A stretch of DNA of 64,000 nt, taken from NCBI RefSeq assembly GCF_036321535.1, contig NC_087437.1:53818001-53882000 (forward strand), read 5' to 3'. A program made the translations under genes and the position numbers. Shown piece after piece: positions 9,366 to 21,002 of this stretch (positions are counted from its first letter, which is position 1; each line of letters starts with the position of its first letter). The DNA comes from Camelus dromedarius (taxonomy: Eukaryota). The notes under the pieces are model-generated. The model was not told the origin of the DNA and did not search any database. It saw nothing but the letters and a program-made list of their open reading frames with translations.

Positions 9366-9970
9366 CCCCTGAGAGAGAATAACTGAGCGTCTCAAATAAG
9401 GTATTTGTATCATCATGGTGTGTGTGTGTGTGTGCGCGTGCGGGCGTGTGTGTGGAGGGTGGAGAGGGACAAAGTCTGATTTCTCTTTGGTTTCCCTTGC
9501 CAGATGGCTATAGTTCTCTGCTTTTCTTCGGGACCCTGGCAAAAGGACACCAATTAAATGGGGACAACCAACTAAAAAGGCAATTCTAACATCTGCACTA
9601 CACTAGGAAAGGAAAAAGATCCAAATCCCAAAGCTTGTCTGTCTGCAGACAACTACAGGTTTTCCTGTGAACAGAGCGGCTGGCCCGGCATGTGAGAGGC
9701 AGCCAGCCCTGCAGTTGGCTAGTTATTCTTTGCCACTTAAAAGCCAGGCTTGTGCTGTTTACCAACTCAGAGTGTGCAGAGGCCTGATACAGCCTGGAGA
9801 GGACCCACCGCAGCCAGAAAGCCCCGCACCCCATGGCTGTGGAGGGACCTCGGCCAGTACACATGCCTACACCCAGGGTTTGTGGAGAAACGCAGCACCT
9901 GATCTAAACCGAGCTAAATAAGAAGAAAATTCCTTTCCCCACAACAATGACCGCCAGTCCCGAATAGGGA
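9366..9970 (-). promoter_or_regulatory. MASP1: Putative MASP1 proximal promoter
   Basis: Repeat-free, relatively GC-rich segment directly upstream of exon 1. Contains a TG/CG alternating tract (9418-9453), a DR1/HNF4-like GGGACA-A-AGTCTG (9466-9478) and a forkhead-like TATTTGT near 9402. Function is inferred from position. Confidence 0.65.
9418..9453. repeat. (TG)n/(CG) alternating purine-pyrimidine microsatellite
   Basis: gtgtgtgtgtgtgtgtgcgcgtgcgggcgtgtgtgt. Confidence 0.9.
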
Positions 9971-9999
9971 GAGAGACGTCTAGGTGTAAAAAATACATC

Positions 10000-10620
10000 T
10001 GAGAACTTTTTCTGTGTTAGGCACAGTTCTAGGTGCAAACGTCAACTCAATTACTCCCACAAATTTGGGAGCGCCATACTCACTTTACAAATGAGAAAAC
10101 TGAGGCTCAGAGGTTACCCAATTCGCCAAGATTATCCAGCCCTTTATTACTCCTTACTGCTACTATGGCTAACAGTTAACATTCACTGAGCACTCTGTGT
10201 CACGTACTGTTCTAGTAAGGTATTAATTCCTTTCAATCATCTTTACATTTTGTGTAGCTGGGTAGTAATATTATCCCTATTTTCCAGATGAAGAAACTGC
10301 CCAGAGAGTTTAAGTAAGTTACCTAAGATCACACTGCTAGAAAGTGAAGGGGGAAGAATCTGAGTTCTTAAACCAATATATTGTACTGCTTCTCACTAAC
10401 ATATTATAGTGCATATGGTATTTCAAACACACACCACATTCAGAGAGAGACTCAATTTGAAAAGAGTACTAGACTCAGAGTCAGAATTTAGGTGTAATCT
10501 TTCCTTTCTATCCAAGCAGGCTGTGTACTTTGAGTCCAATAGTTAACATATCTGATCTTGTTTCTTCATCTGGAAAATCAGGGTTTCTATAAGACCTAAT
10601 TGAGATTATCTTTGTGCTTT
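10000..10620. mobile_element. Cluster of MIR SINE fragments
   Basis: cactttacaaatgagaaaactgaggctcagagg; attatccctattttccagatgaagaaactgcccagagagtttaagtaagttacctaagatcacac; tttcttcatctggaaaatcaggg. Confidence 0.75.
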
Positions 10621-12894
10621 TTTAGCTGTTCAGTGTATCTAAGAGAGGGCTCCCACCCTTTCTAACCAAAGTGGCAAACACATGCACTCTCCACCTTCTG
10701 CTAACACTGCTTTGGCACATTTGGGGGAACAGTGGCTTGAATCTCGTTAAAATTCTCCTTGTTCCGTAGTTTTCTCTAGTTTCTCCTATTTCAACACTTT
10801 TAAAGATCAGCTGTGCTAAGCTGGGCATTATTAAGAGGCTGTGATTGACAATGTCGGTGTAAGTCTATGAGAGGAGAGAGTATGTTTGAACCTAGGTACT
10901 GTTTGAGCAAAATATTGCATTCTGTTTTAGGCAGAATAGAAAAAAATCCCTTTAAAAGTCCCATTAAGAAGACTTTCAGGCTCCTCAGCCATCAAATAAC
11001 TCCCAAACAACAACATTTCAATGATTTAAGTGCAAATGAATCAGAAACACATGGACTACATTTCTCTTGGAATATACATGAGTTTTAAAACCAAGGGAGA
11101 AAGAACTTGGCACGAAGAACCCCGCACTGTGCAGAGGACCCTGCCCACTAAAGACATATCCTTCACTAATGCTGCAGCTGAGCTGGCCCTCTCCTAATCT
11201 AGGGCACATCCAGGGAAATGGAGTTATTTGTTCTGGGCACAGAGGGCAGAGCTTGGGAGGGAAAACCATCAGCTTCTCCTTGTAAAGTGACATAGAGCAA
11301 CTGAGCCTCCCAGAATAATTTCCTGGCCATGTTTTTTTTTAAGGCTGCCAATGCTCAATGGGAGGCATTTGCAATATGTTCTAAGCCAGAAGTCTGCCAA
11401 TATACAGCAGATCTGATATGTGTTTTCCTGGGATTTAGCCAAGGCTCAGATGGAATCTACAAGAAAATGGGAGCTACGTGGCTCAGGACTGATCTGAGTG
11501 GGATTCAGGGCAGTTTCCCATTGTGTTGGGCTACACTGCTGATTTTGTCCTGACCTTTTGATAAAAACTTCGTAATGTGTCATGAATAGATCATAGGGAG
11601 TGGGAGGAATGGAAGGGACAGTAGTCTAGGAGTAGACTCAGCATCGGTAGGCCAACTCATATGCGACGTTGGGCAAGTCATTTACTTTCTCTGCTGGAGG
11701 AGGGGCATCAGCTTGCTCCACTGTGAAATCAGGAGCATGGACTCCACTGAGATCATGCAGCACATATAAAGTGGGTTGTGAGGGCTGTGGAATGACACTG
11801 CAGTGGAGATGGTTAGGTGAACTGTTACTGACCTAAAAAGAGAGTCAAGGAGTCCAGAGTAGCCTTCTAATCTTGACACTTGCTTTATCTGTGGTCGTAA
11901 TAGCATTACACTACTCAGGATACAATCACGGGTATTTAGAAAAATAATTTTTAAGAAGATTCAATTAGTTTTTAAAAATGTTGACAAAAAGGTTAACTGA
12001 CATACGCCTATAAAGAGCTAATAGTATGTCAGTTAGATTCATAAAAGTGTAAAATGACAGATGTGGGCTCAATATCTCCAGTTTATAATCAGGGAAAGGG
12101 AAGAGAAAGCTACTACTAAGAGAGTAAATATTACAGCATTCCTACGACTAGAACTGAGTTTGGTTTACATGTTCTACCAAAGTATTTATTATATGCAACT
12201 CCTGAGCTGAGACTTTCTGGAATTCCATGAATGTGTTAGAAAATGTAAAATATTTGGGCAATGAGTTTTTGTTGGCAAAGTTAGAAATCAAGGCTTCCTA
12301 TAGAATATATAATAAACTGATAAACCCCAAAGATCACACCTTAGAATTAAATTTTGGGTTATTCAACACTTTGACTGCATGCTTAAAACCTTGGCTTCAG
12401 AAACTATCAGGTCAACAGAATAATACGGGAAATTAAAAAAAAAAAAAAAACAAAAAAACCAATCCCTGAGCTTCATCTCAGAAGATTCAAATTGAATGAA
12501 TCTGGGGTGGAGCTCCTAAACCTGTAACTTTAAAATATCCCATGGCACAATTTTGAAATTTTGGGTATATATAACATAATGGTATATCTTATAGTTGATG
12601 GCATCTCAGAACTATTCTTAATAACCGCCAGATATACTTTCATATACATTATTTCCAAGTAATATTTGTGTCTCTTTACAGATGAGGACTCTGAAGTCCA
12701 GAGAGACAAGTGTGCCAGCACAAGGATGACTTACATCCAGAGTCCAGGCCTCCTGACCCTAAATCCAGGACTCTCCCCCTCATTTGCAGACTCCTGATCC
12801 TGCCTGTGGACTTTGAGCATCCATGAGCCATGCTATAATGTGACTAAAAGATTTCAAGGAAGGGAGAAATAAGTTACATTTAAAAAAATAAATT

Positions 12895-13145
12895 GGGTGG
12901 GAAGGGATAAACTGGGGGTTCGAGATATGCAGATATTGACTGGTATATATAAAATAGATAAACAAGTTTATACTGTATAAGCATAGGGAAATATATTCAA
13001 TATCTTGTAGTAGCTTATGGTGAAACAGAATATGAAAATGAATATATGCATATTCTTGTATGACTGAATCACTGTGCTGTACACCAGGAATTGACACAAC
13101 ATTGTAAACTGACTATACCTCAATAAAAAAAAAATTAAAAAAAGA
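12895..13145 (+). mobile_element. Short young L1 3' end (camelid/cetartiodactyl type)
   Basis: gggtgggaagggataaactggggg…gcatagggaaatatattcaatatcttgta…tgtacaccaggaattgacacaacattgtaaactgactatacctcaataaaaaaa. Flanked by AAAA(A/G)TAAATT duplications. Confidence 0.9.
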
Positions 13146-13164
13146 AAAGTAAATTATTAGCCTC

Positions 13165-13571
13165 TATTACGGGCTGAATTGTGTCCCTCCAACCTTCATA
13201 TATTGAAGCCCTCATCCCCAGTACCTCAGAATGTGACTATTTGGAGACAGGACCTTTAAAGGGGTGATTAAGTTAAAAGGAAGTTATTAGGGTGGGCCCT
13301 AATCCATTATGACTGCTGTCCTTGTAAGAGGAGGAGATTAAGATACAGACAACACAGAGGAAAGACTGTATGAGGAGACAGCAAGAAGGTGGTCACCTGT
13401 GAGCCAAAGAGAGAGGCCTCAAAAGAACAACCTTGACCTTGTACTTCCTTAAAACACCTGCCAACACCTTGATCCTGAACATCTAGTCTCCCAGACTGAG
13501 AAAATCCATTTCTGCTGTTTAAGCTACCTGGTCTGTGGCGCTCTGCTATGGTGGCCCTACAAATGAATATA
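13165..13571 (+). mobile_element. MLT1A/B-type MaLR solo LTR
   Basis: tattacgggctgaattgtgtccctcc…gttattagggtgggccctaatcca…ctgccaacaccttgatc…ctgagaaaatccatttctgctgtttaagctacc. Approximate 5-bp TSD GCCTC/GGCTC. Confidence 0.88.
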
Positions 13572-13868
13572 GGCTCTCTTACTGACGTTCTCCCAAAGCA
13601 TCTGCACATACCAAGGGTGGTGTCAAGCTGACTTCAGGCACCATATGCACAGAATTAACAAATACTGGGTCAGTTAAGGTTCTGTTTGGTAGGTAATAAG
13701 AGAAACCTTGACTAATGCTGAAACAGACTTTATTTTCATACCAAGAGGTGAGGTAGTAGGCAGGTCTGGGGACATTTTCCTTTTTTTTCCTGTTTTGCCA
13801 GTCTTAAGAGGGGCAATGTGTAAGGAAAAAAATCCTGGGGTTTTTAAGTATTTGAGACATAGGCCATA

Positions 13869-14254
13869 TGTTATGGGCTGAATTAATCCCCCTCAAATTT
13901 ATATGTTGAAGTCTTAATTCCCAGTATCTCAAAATATGACTGTATTTGAAGACAGGAGCTTTAAAGAGGTGATTAAGTTAAAATGGGGCTGTCAGAGTGG
14001 CCCTAATCTAATTATAGGAAGAAGAGCTTAGAACACAGACAACAGAGACAGAGGGAAGACATCGTGGGGACACAGTAAGAAGGCAGCCATCTGCAAGCTC
14101 AGGAGAGGGGTCTCAAAGGAAACCAAACCTGCCAACACCTCAATCTTATACTTCTAGCCTCAGAACTGTGAGGAAATAAATTTCTACTACTTAAGTGGGC
14201 CAGTCTGGGGTATTTTGTTATGGCAGCTCCAGGAAGCTAATGGAAGCTAATCCA
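13869..14254 (+). mobile_element. MLT1A/B-type MaLR solo LTR
   Basis: tgttatgggctgaattaatccccctcaaatttatatgttgaagtc…gaactgtgaggaaataaatttct…tattttgttatggcagc. Confidence 0.88.
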
Positions 14255-14619
14255 CGTTCACACCTCCCTAACCTTTGCTCACCTAAACCCATTTGATACT
14301 GACTATAGTTGCTATTCACTCGTATTAGGTCTCCCCTCCCCCAGAAGGAGATGCTAAGACTGCATGGACCAAGCAGTTACAACCACAGGACAAGACTCAT
14401 TAGGCCATAAGCAGCAAATCGACGGTTGGGGTCAGACCACGCGAAAGGCAGGATTCAGATCATGGAGGAGTCGGAGTTATAACTTCCCTAACTCCCTACT
14501 GCTGCTTCATGAACTTTACTTTTCTCCCTCCTTCCAAATTCCCCTGCTCTTCTTCTGGCACGCCCTACTCATTTTTATTACTGTCACCTTACAGCCTCTT
14601 GGTCCCATTCTTTGTTCCT

Positions 14620-16080
14620 TTTATTAAGAACTTAGGCATGTGGGGCCATTGCTTACCTCTCCTCCTCAGTTCCTCCTGACATCCTGTGTGACACTGGGGT
14701 CTCATTCCTTGATGTTCTCACTTCAGCGATGACTTCTTCCATTTCACCATAGCCTTCTACTATACTTACAGCCACATCCACCTCTGAAATCTTAAACTTA
14801 TACTATTTTTCTAAGTCTTTTACTCCTTCAGTAACCCTGGCCTTCAACCTCATCAAGTTATCCAGTCCTTTGACACCACTCCATTTCCAGCCCATCAGAT
14901 CCTCTTGGCTTTATATCATTTCTGAATTCCACAGCCAATCACTAAGCGCTCCTCTGCAGACTCTTCTTTCTCTACCTGTCTCAGCTCTCTTACTTCAGAG
15001 GAATGATTTTTCATCTTTATGGTGAATCACTGAGAATCTAATGAAAGCTAGATGCCCCCTGTCTGGAATACCCCCTGTAAAGCCATACAACTCACTCTCT
15101 CACTCCTTCAGTTCTTTCTAAAGGTCACCTTCTCAGTGAGGTCCTTCCTGACCACTTTATTCTACAACTTCTATTCCCACCCACACTTGCTTTCCTCGTG
15201 TCCTATTTCATTTGTCTTCATGGCACTAACCACCAGCTAAGATGTTATTTATTTTAATTATTTGTTGGTTTGTTGCTTGAGCCCCACACCATTAGAATAA
15301 CACAATCTCCAAGTGAACAAATATTTTTGTATTTTCTGTTTACTGCTCTGTTCCCAGGACCAATAATAATGCCTTTGACGTGCACAAAGACCTTAATAAA
15401 CATTTGTGGAATGAGCCTTCTTCCAAGAAACATTTAAATATAAAATATCCTTAAAATTTGGCATATGATTTCAGGAGTTTGATGGCTCTCCTGAGGCCAT
15501 GAAGCTCAGAAGCTCAATTTTAACTATTCTTCCTGAATACTTCTTCTACATTCCTAATACCATTACACACTGACCACTTACAAATCTATTTCTTTAGCCT
15601 AAATGTCTCCCCATAGTTCCTCCCCCTCAAATCAAACGTCTATTCTCACCTCCATTTCCATTGGACAGAGGTCATTATTTTTCTATTCCCAGCTTTCTAA
15701 TTTTCTCATATCAATGATGTCCATGAAGAACTACCAACAACTCAGATATTCAATCCAGATATTTGAGTGTCATCTCTGATTTATTTTTTCTTTTCCTCCT
15801 CATAGGCCATCAGCCAATAACTCCTACTGTTTACATGTAAGTATCTTTCAAATCCATCATGCATAAACTCTGTTCCCCACTGTCCCTGCATTAGTGGAGG
15901 GCTTCATTAGTTTTCACTGAACAATTTCAACAACTTCTCATTGGTTTCTCTGCCCTTACTACCACTCTTATAAAAATACAAGTCTCATTAATTCTCTCCC
16001 TTTGTCAAATCTTTCAGAGCCCTCCTTTGCTTACAGAATAAAATAAAGTGTCTTAGAATAGCATTTAAACCCTGAAGTCT
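14620..16080 (-). mobile_element. L2 fragments
   Basis: Pyrimidine-rich L2 motifs: aaggtcaccttctcagtgaggtccttcctgaccac, ttaataaacatttgtggaatga, ctgaacaatttcaacaacttctcattggtttctctgc. Confidence 0.65.
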
Positions 16081-16084
16081 AATG

Positions 16085-16236
16085 TTGACAGGAGGTGCCA
16101 TAAGATTGAAGTAGCCTGCTGTGTGCAGCCAACACAGCAGACTTTGCATGAGTGAGAAAGAAACTCTTCTGTGACGCCACTGAGCTTCTGGCATTGTTTC
16201 TTACTGCAGATAATCTAGCCTACCCTGACTGACACA
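16085..16236 (+). mobile_element. MLT1J-like LTR 3' fragment
   Basis: cagactttgcatgagtgagaaagaaactcttctgtgacgccactgag…ttcttactgcagataatctagcctaccctgactgacaca. Confidence 0.6.
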
Positions 16237-16297
16237 GTACTCTTATATAGGATTTCTCTTTCACCTCTATATTCTTGCCCACAACCAGCATACTTAG

Positions 16298-16330
<33 letters not shown>

Positions 16331-16342
16331 CTCTCTCTCTCT
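16298..16342. repeat. Compound microsatellite (AC)14 + (CT)n
   Basis: Directly visible: acacac…acacaaaatctctctctctct. Confidence 0.95.
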
Positions 16343-17479
16343 GTGTAATGTCTAGAACTGGTACCAAACTAGTCACATATTCCAGATTCCACCATGATCT
16401 CTTATGTCTGCATGAACGTATATACTTGGTTCTTTTGGTCTTTAATGCTAGTTTCTTTCCCATTTGTCTATAGAACTTCCTCTTATTTATCCCTTGAAAT
16501 CGTGTTTAAATCTCAGCTTCTCTGGGAAATCTTCCCTGATCACCTAACAGCTAAGTAAACACTACCTTTGTTCCTTACACTTTAAATTGCATGTGGCAAA
16601 TTATTCTTTCATTACAATAATTTGGGGGCCTGAACAGTATCTTTTGTACTCTTTGTTCAATAAATGCTTATTGAATACATAGATGTTGAAATAATTTTTA
16701 AAAATGGGATCAAGACAGGTAAACATACAACTGAATCTATAATTATAAATTGTGATGAATGTTACATTGGAAGAGAACAGAGGTTTATGAGCGAAGCTAA
16801 GAGTAGGGCCTAATTTATACAAAGTGGTCAGCGAAGCCATGGTGATGTGGTATCTAAGCTGACTAGAATGAGTACAAGCTAGCTAATGAAGAATTAGTGA
16901 TTTCACAATGATGGACTACACTATCTGGATGTCTACATGTGTGGAAATTCCCCCATTTCTATACCCAGTTCATAGAAATAATGAAGATGTAGAAATGAGA
17001 TTAATAAATGAACAGCTGCACTCAGAATAAAAAAAAAATTATCTGTAGATGAGGAAATGGGAAGTTTTGTAAAAGGAGGATGGTAGATGAGAAGCTACAG
17101 CAGTGAGGTTCCCACAGTGGGAACCCATCCTGACTATGTGGGAAGTCTTCACAGTCCCACTGGGAAGCTGGGGGCTGACAAGGCTGTGGCATGACATCAC
17201 TGGGGAAGGAGTGAGAATCCTCACCACAGAAAAGTTGCCAAACAGGAATCTATAAATATTTTTCAAAGCCTGTATATGGAAAAGGGATAATAAACACAGC
17301 AAGAAAAGAATGTCATGGAAGGAAATGGAGATAACAGAATCATAAGAATGGAATTTTGAAATAAACTGTCTCCAGAAAGCTAAAAGAGGGAATATTATCT
17401 ATGGATTAAGAAGAGGAGAAAGGCTTGAAACAAGAACAGGTTGAAACACAAAAAGAAGCAATTAGATAATTAACAAAAT

Positions 17480-18640
17480 TCTAACAAAACATTTGAATTT
17501 ATTAAATATAATTATTGATATTAAAGATAAAATGCAATTGTAAATATAAATAGCTGAATGGCCACAAATGAAAAATTAGTTAATGATTTGGAAAATCAAG
17601 CTGAGGAATTCCCCCAAATAAAGAGATCAGAAGTATGAGAAAAGTAAAGTACAGATTCAGAAGGTCCTACAAATGTTTAATAGAATTTTTGTTAAAAACA
17701 AAATAGGAGGAAAGGGAAGTAATCTTTGAAGAAATATTTGCCTCAGTTTTCTCAGAATTGAGAAAAGACATGAATTCTTAGACTGAAAAGATTTACTATA
17801 AAATTAGACCTAGATTCCTCATAGTGAAATTTCAGCATATTAAGGATAAAATTAAAATCTTAAAAATTACCAAAGAGAAAGAATGAAATTAGAGTATCAT
17901 TCAGACATTCACAGAAGCTGCCTGGAAAAAAAAGGGAAATAGAGAATATCCAAATGTGCACCGGGAAGTATCTTCAAACCCATCATTCTATACTAGCTGA
18001 AGGATTATGTAAGTGAAGCTGAAATAAAGACATTTACGGACTCTAAAAAGCCTGTCATTGGCATGCCCTTTTAGAAAGAATTACTGGAGGATGTAGGAGC
18101 CAGTTAGTGTTGGTGACATTGTGGAGAAATAAGTACCATGCATGGAGGAATGTAAAGCAGCCCAGCCACTTGGTGTGTAATTTGGGAGTATTAACAAAAT
18201 AAAAACGTGCATGTCCTACAAATCAACAATCTTACCTTAATATATCTGTCTTAGAGAAATATTCATGTGCAAACATGCTTATTGTAACATTATTTGTTAA
18301 GGTGAAAAGTGGACCTCAGTAAAGTAATGGCTAAATATAATAACATCAAACTATGGAACATGGAGCACCAGTTAGAAGGGATGAGAAAGATCTATATGCA
18401 TCAACCTGGATTTATCTTCAAGACTTACTATTGAGTGAAAAGGACAGGTTGAAGAATGATTATGTATGTTAGGATACCATTTATTTAATAAAAAAGCAAT
18501 AGGCTCAACAAGCAATACCTATTTTGTACATATTATAGCTACTTTGCATATATTTTCCATGTATCATTGAAGAAAATGTGGAAGGAAATGTACCAACACA
18601 GCTAGTAACTTGTGTGGAGGATGTGATGAGCGGCTTTATT
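17480..18640 (+). mobile_element. Ancient L1 (L1ME-like) ORF1 and 3' remnants
   Basis: A-rich decayed L1 motifs: aattagttaatgatttggaaaat, gaattgagaaaagacatgaattcttagactgaaa, gaaagaattactggaggatgt, catcaacctggatttatcttcaagac…ttgagtgaaaa. Confidence 0.65.
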
Positions 18641-18799
18641 CATATTTATAAGAAGCAAAACCTAATTACCTGGTCAGGGTTGCTTAGGCAGGGGATTTTA
18701 ATGATGAAAGGTAACTTTGGGTAATTGTGGGGAAAATGGATTTGGAGGCTAGGAGTCAGGGAGTCCAGTTAGGAGGCTGTTGTAGTAGTTAAGACCATT

Positions 18800-18985
18800 A
18801 GGTACAGTGGGCACAGAGACTGGGGCCCATGAAAATGTTTTAATTTTTATTTCTTTTAAAATCAGAATTAAAAAAAAATAATGAATATATAAGAAAGAAT
18901 CCAGCCTGGATTACATTTACCTTTATAGCAATGCAGCATTAGAATATAATTTTATATATTTATTTATGAATAAAGCCCAGAGTAA
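18800..18985. mobile_element. MER96B-like hAT element fragment
   Basis: ggggcccatgaaaatgttttaatttt…ttttaaaatcagaa…gaatccagcctggattacattt…aatgcagc…aatataatttt. Family recalled from memory. Confidence 0.5.
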
Positions 18986-21002
18986 GAGAGATAATGCTTG
19001 GATGAATGGAACCGGTGGTAGTGAACATGGAGCCAAGGGCAAAGGCAAAATATATTTTGTAAGAAGAAATGCTTGACCTCGGTCATGAATTGAGAGTGAG
19101 AAATTGAGGGAGAGGGAGACAGCAAGAAAACTCTCAGAATTCTGACTCAAGATGGTGTTGGTGCCATGTCAGGAGATGGGGAAGAGAGTGGAAGGTCAGC
19201 AGGGGTCAGCGTGTAAGAAGCCTGCGTGCCAGATTAGATGTGGAAAATCTACCCCACAGGCCAGGGACTTTCAACTATGGATGGACCACAGAGTTATGTG
19301 CGGAGTTTAAAAAATTCAAATTTCTGCCACAGCCCCAAGACCAGATCCCAGATCCAGAGTCTTGAAAGGGTTAAGGACTGCTGAATTTTTAGGCCACAGG
19401 GAGACAGAAATGATTTTTAAACAGAAAACGACTGATCAGATAGCGTTTTAAGAAAATTCATGTTTGGTAGCAGCATGGGAGCTGGACACAAGTTGCGGAG
19501 AGACTGGAGGATAACCAGGAACTACAGTACCTAATGTACCCAGGCCACTCCCAGGACAGGAAAAATTTAACGGAACTAAAGTAGTTTGGAAAAGAGCTGG
19601 AAAGACCTCCTGGCCAGACCCAGCCCACAGCACAGCTTGGCTGCAGCCCAGGGGTATGTGGAGCACATGGGCCTTGGGGCCATCAGCATCCTCTGGCCAA
19701 ACCACAGGGCTAATTTAAACACTTAAGTTGTCACAACATAGCAAACCTGACGACAATGACTTTTTAAATGCAGAATTTTAAAACCAAAAATACTTCACAG
19801 AAAAGCATCTCAGGAAAGCTGGCTACCCCTCAGGCAATTGTTTTAAAAGGGTGGGCCTCAAAATATTTTCAGTCTCCAGATGAAGGGCTGATGATGAATG
19901 GGCATACAACTCTGAGAACCATCTGTCTTTACCTGTACCTGACTGTGAAAAAGGCGGCTCTTCTGAAGGTGTACCAGCAGACCCTGATAGCTGAGCATCT
20001 AGAACATGATGCTAACTGCTATAAACATCAGGACGACGGGGGTATTGGGATAAACTATGATAGCTCTTTAGGCCTGACTTATTTTGCTTTTTTTTCCCCA
20101 TAAGATATGAGTAACCATAGCACTCCCCTTATATATTGTTTCAAGGACACAGTTATTCTTTAAGTCTTTTAAGTGCATAATACCTTTGAGAATCTAATGA
20201 AAGTTGGTCGACTTTCTCTGGAGAAAAGTATACAATTTTCATGTATCTGGTATTTTTAGGGCTGGTGATTAATCCTTGGTAATGTTTATAAAACACCTGC
20301 AAAGCTGCTGGCCCTTCGTGGAGACTCAACCAATAGTAATTATACTTAATATAACTAGAAAGTAAGGGGAGGAAGGTCATGAAAGGTATATGTAGAAAGT
20401 GGCGTTCAGCGTGGGACTAAAAAGATGAGCAAGATTTCCACAGGCTGAAGGAAGAACAAGAACTACAGCAATGGCAAAAAGGGAGGTGAGAATCAGTGAT
20501 GGCGGAATTACGCAGGGTGAGAAATCAGTGTGGACCATCTGCTGAGCCCTTGCCATGTGCCAGGCATCATATCCAGTATTCACAAGTGAGGTATTCTTAG
20601 TCCCACTTTAGAGATAAGAGAATTAGGGAGGTAAAGCGTGAGGCGAGAGTAGAGGCAGGGGCTTTAAAGTTTCTGTTTCAGTTCTTTATACAGTTCTCTT
20701 TAATTTTGTGTATGCTTGAAAATTTCCATAATAAAGCATTTAAAGTCTCCCACTGCCTGCAATTTTTATACCACAGGATGGCTTAATGGGAAGAACACTA
20801 CCTGTACAATTTTGCTTGTCTTTCCGAGTTTCAGTATTTCCATCTGTAAAAGCAGGGCATTAGTCTAGAATGATCTCCAAGCAGTCTTCTAGCTCTTAGA
20901 ATCTGCAATTCTTTTAAAGAAAAATTATTCTTATTCATCATTCAATGAATATTTTTCTTTCACCTGTTCATATTCCTACTACTTTCTCAATTAGCTCGTG
21001 TT

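Noticed and set aside
13165..14254. Two same-orientation MLT1 LTRs as a possible provirus
   Set aside because: Only about 300 nt separate them, with no internal retroviral sequence. The first has its own approximate 5-bp TSD, so independent solo LTRs are more likely.
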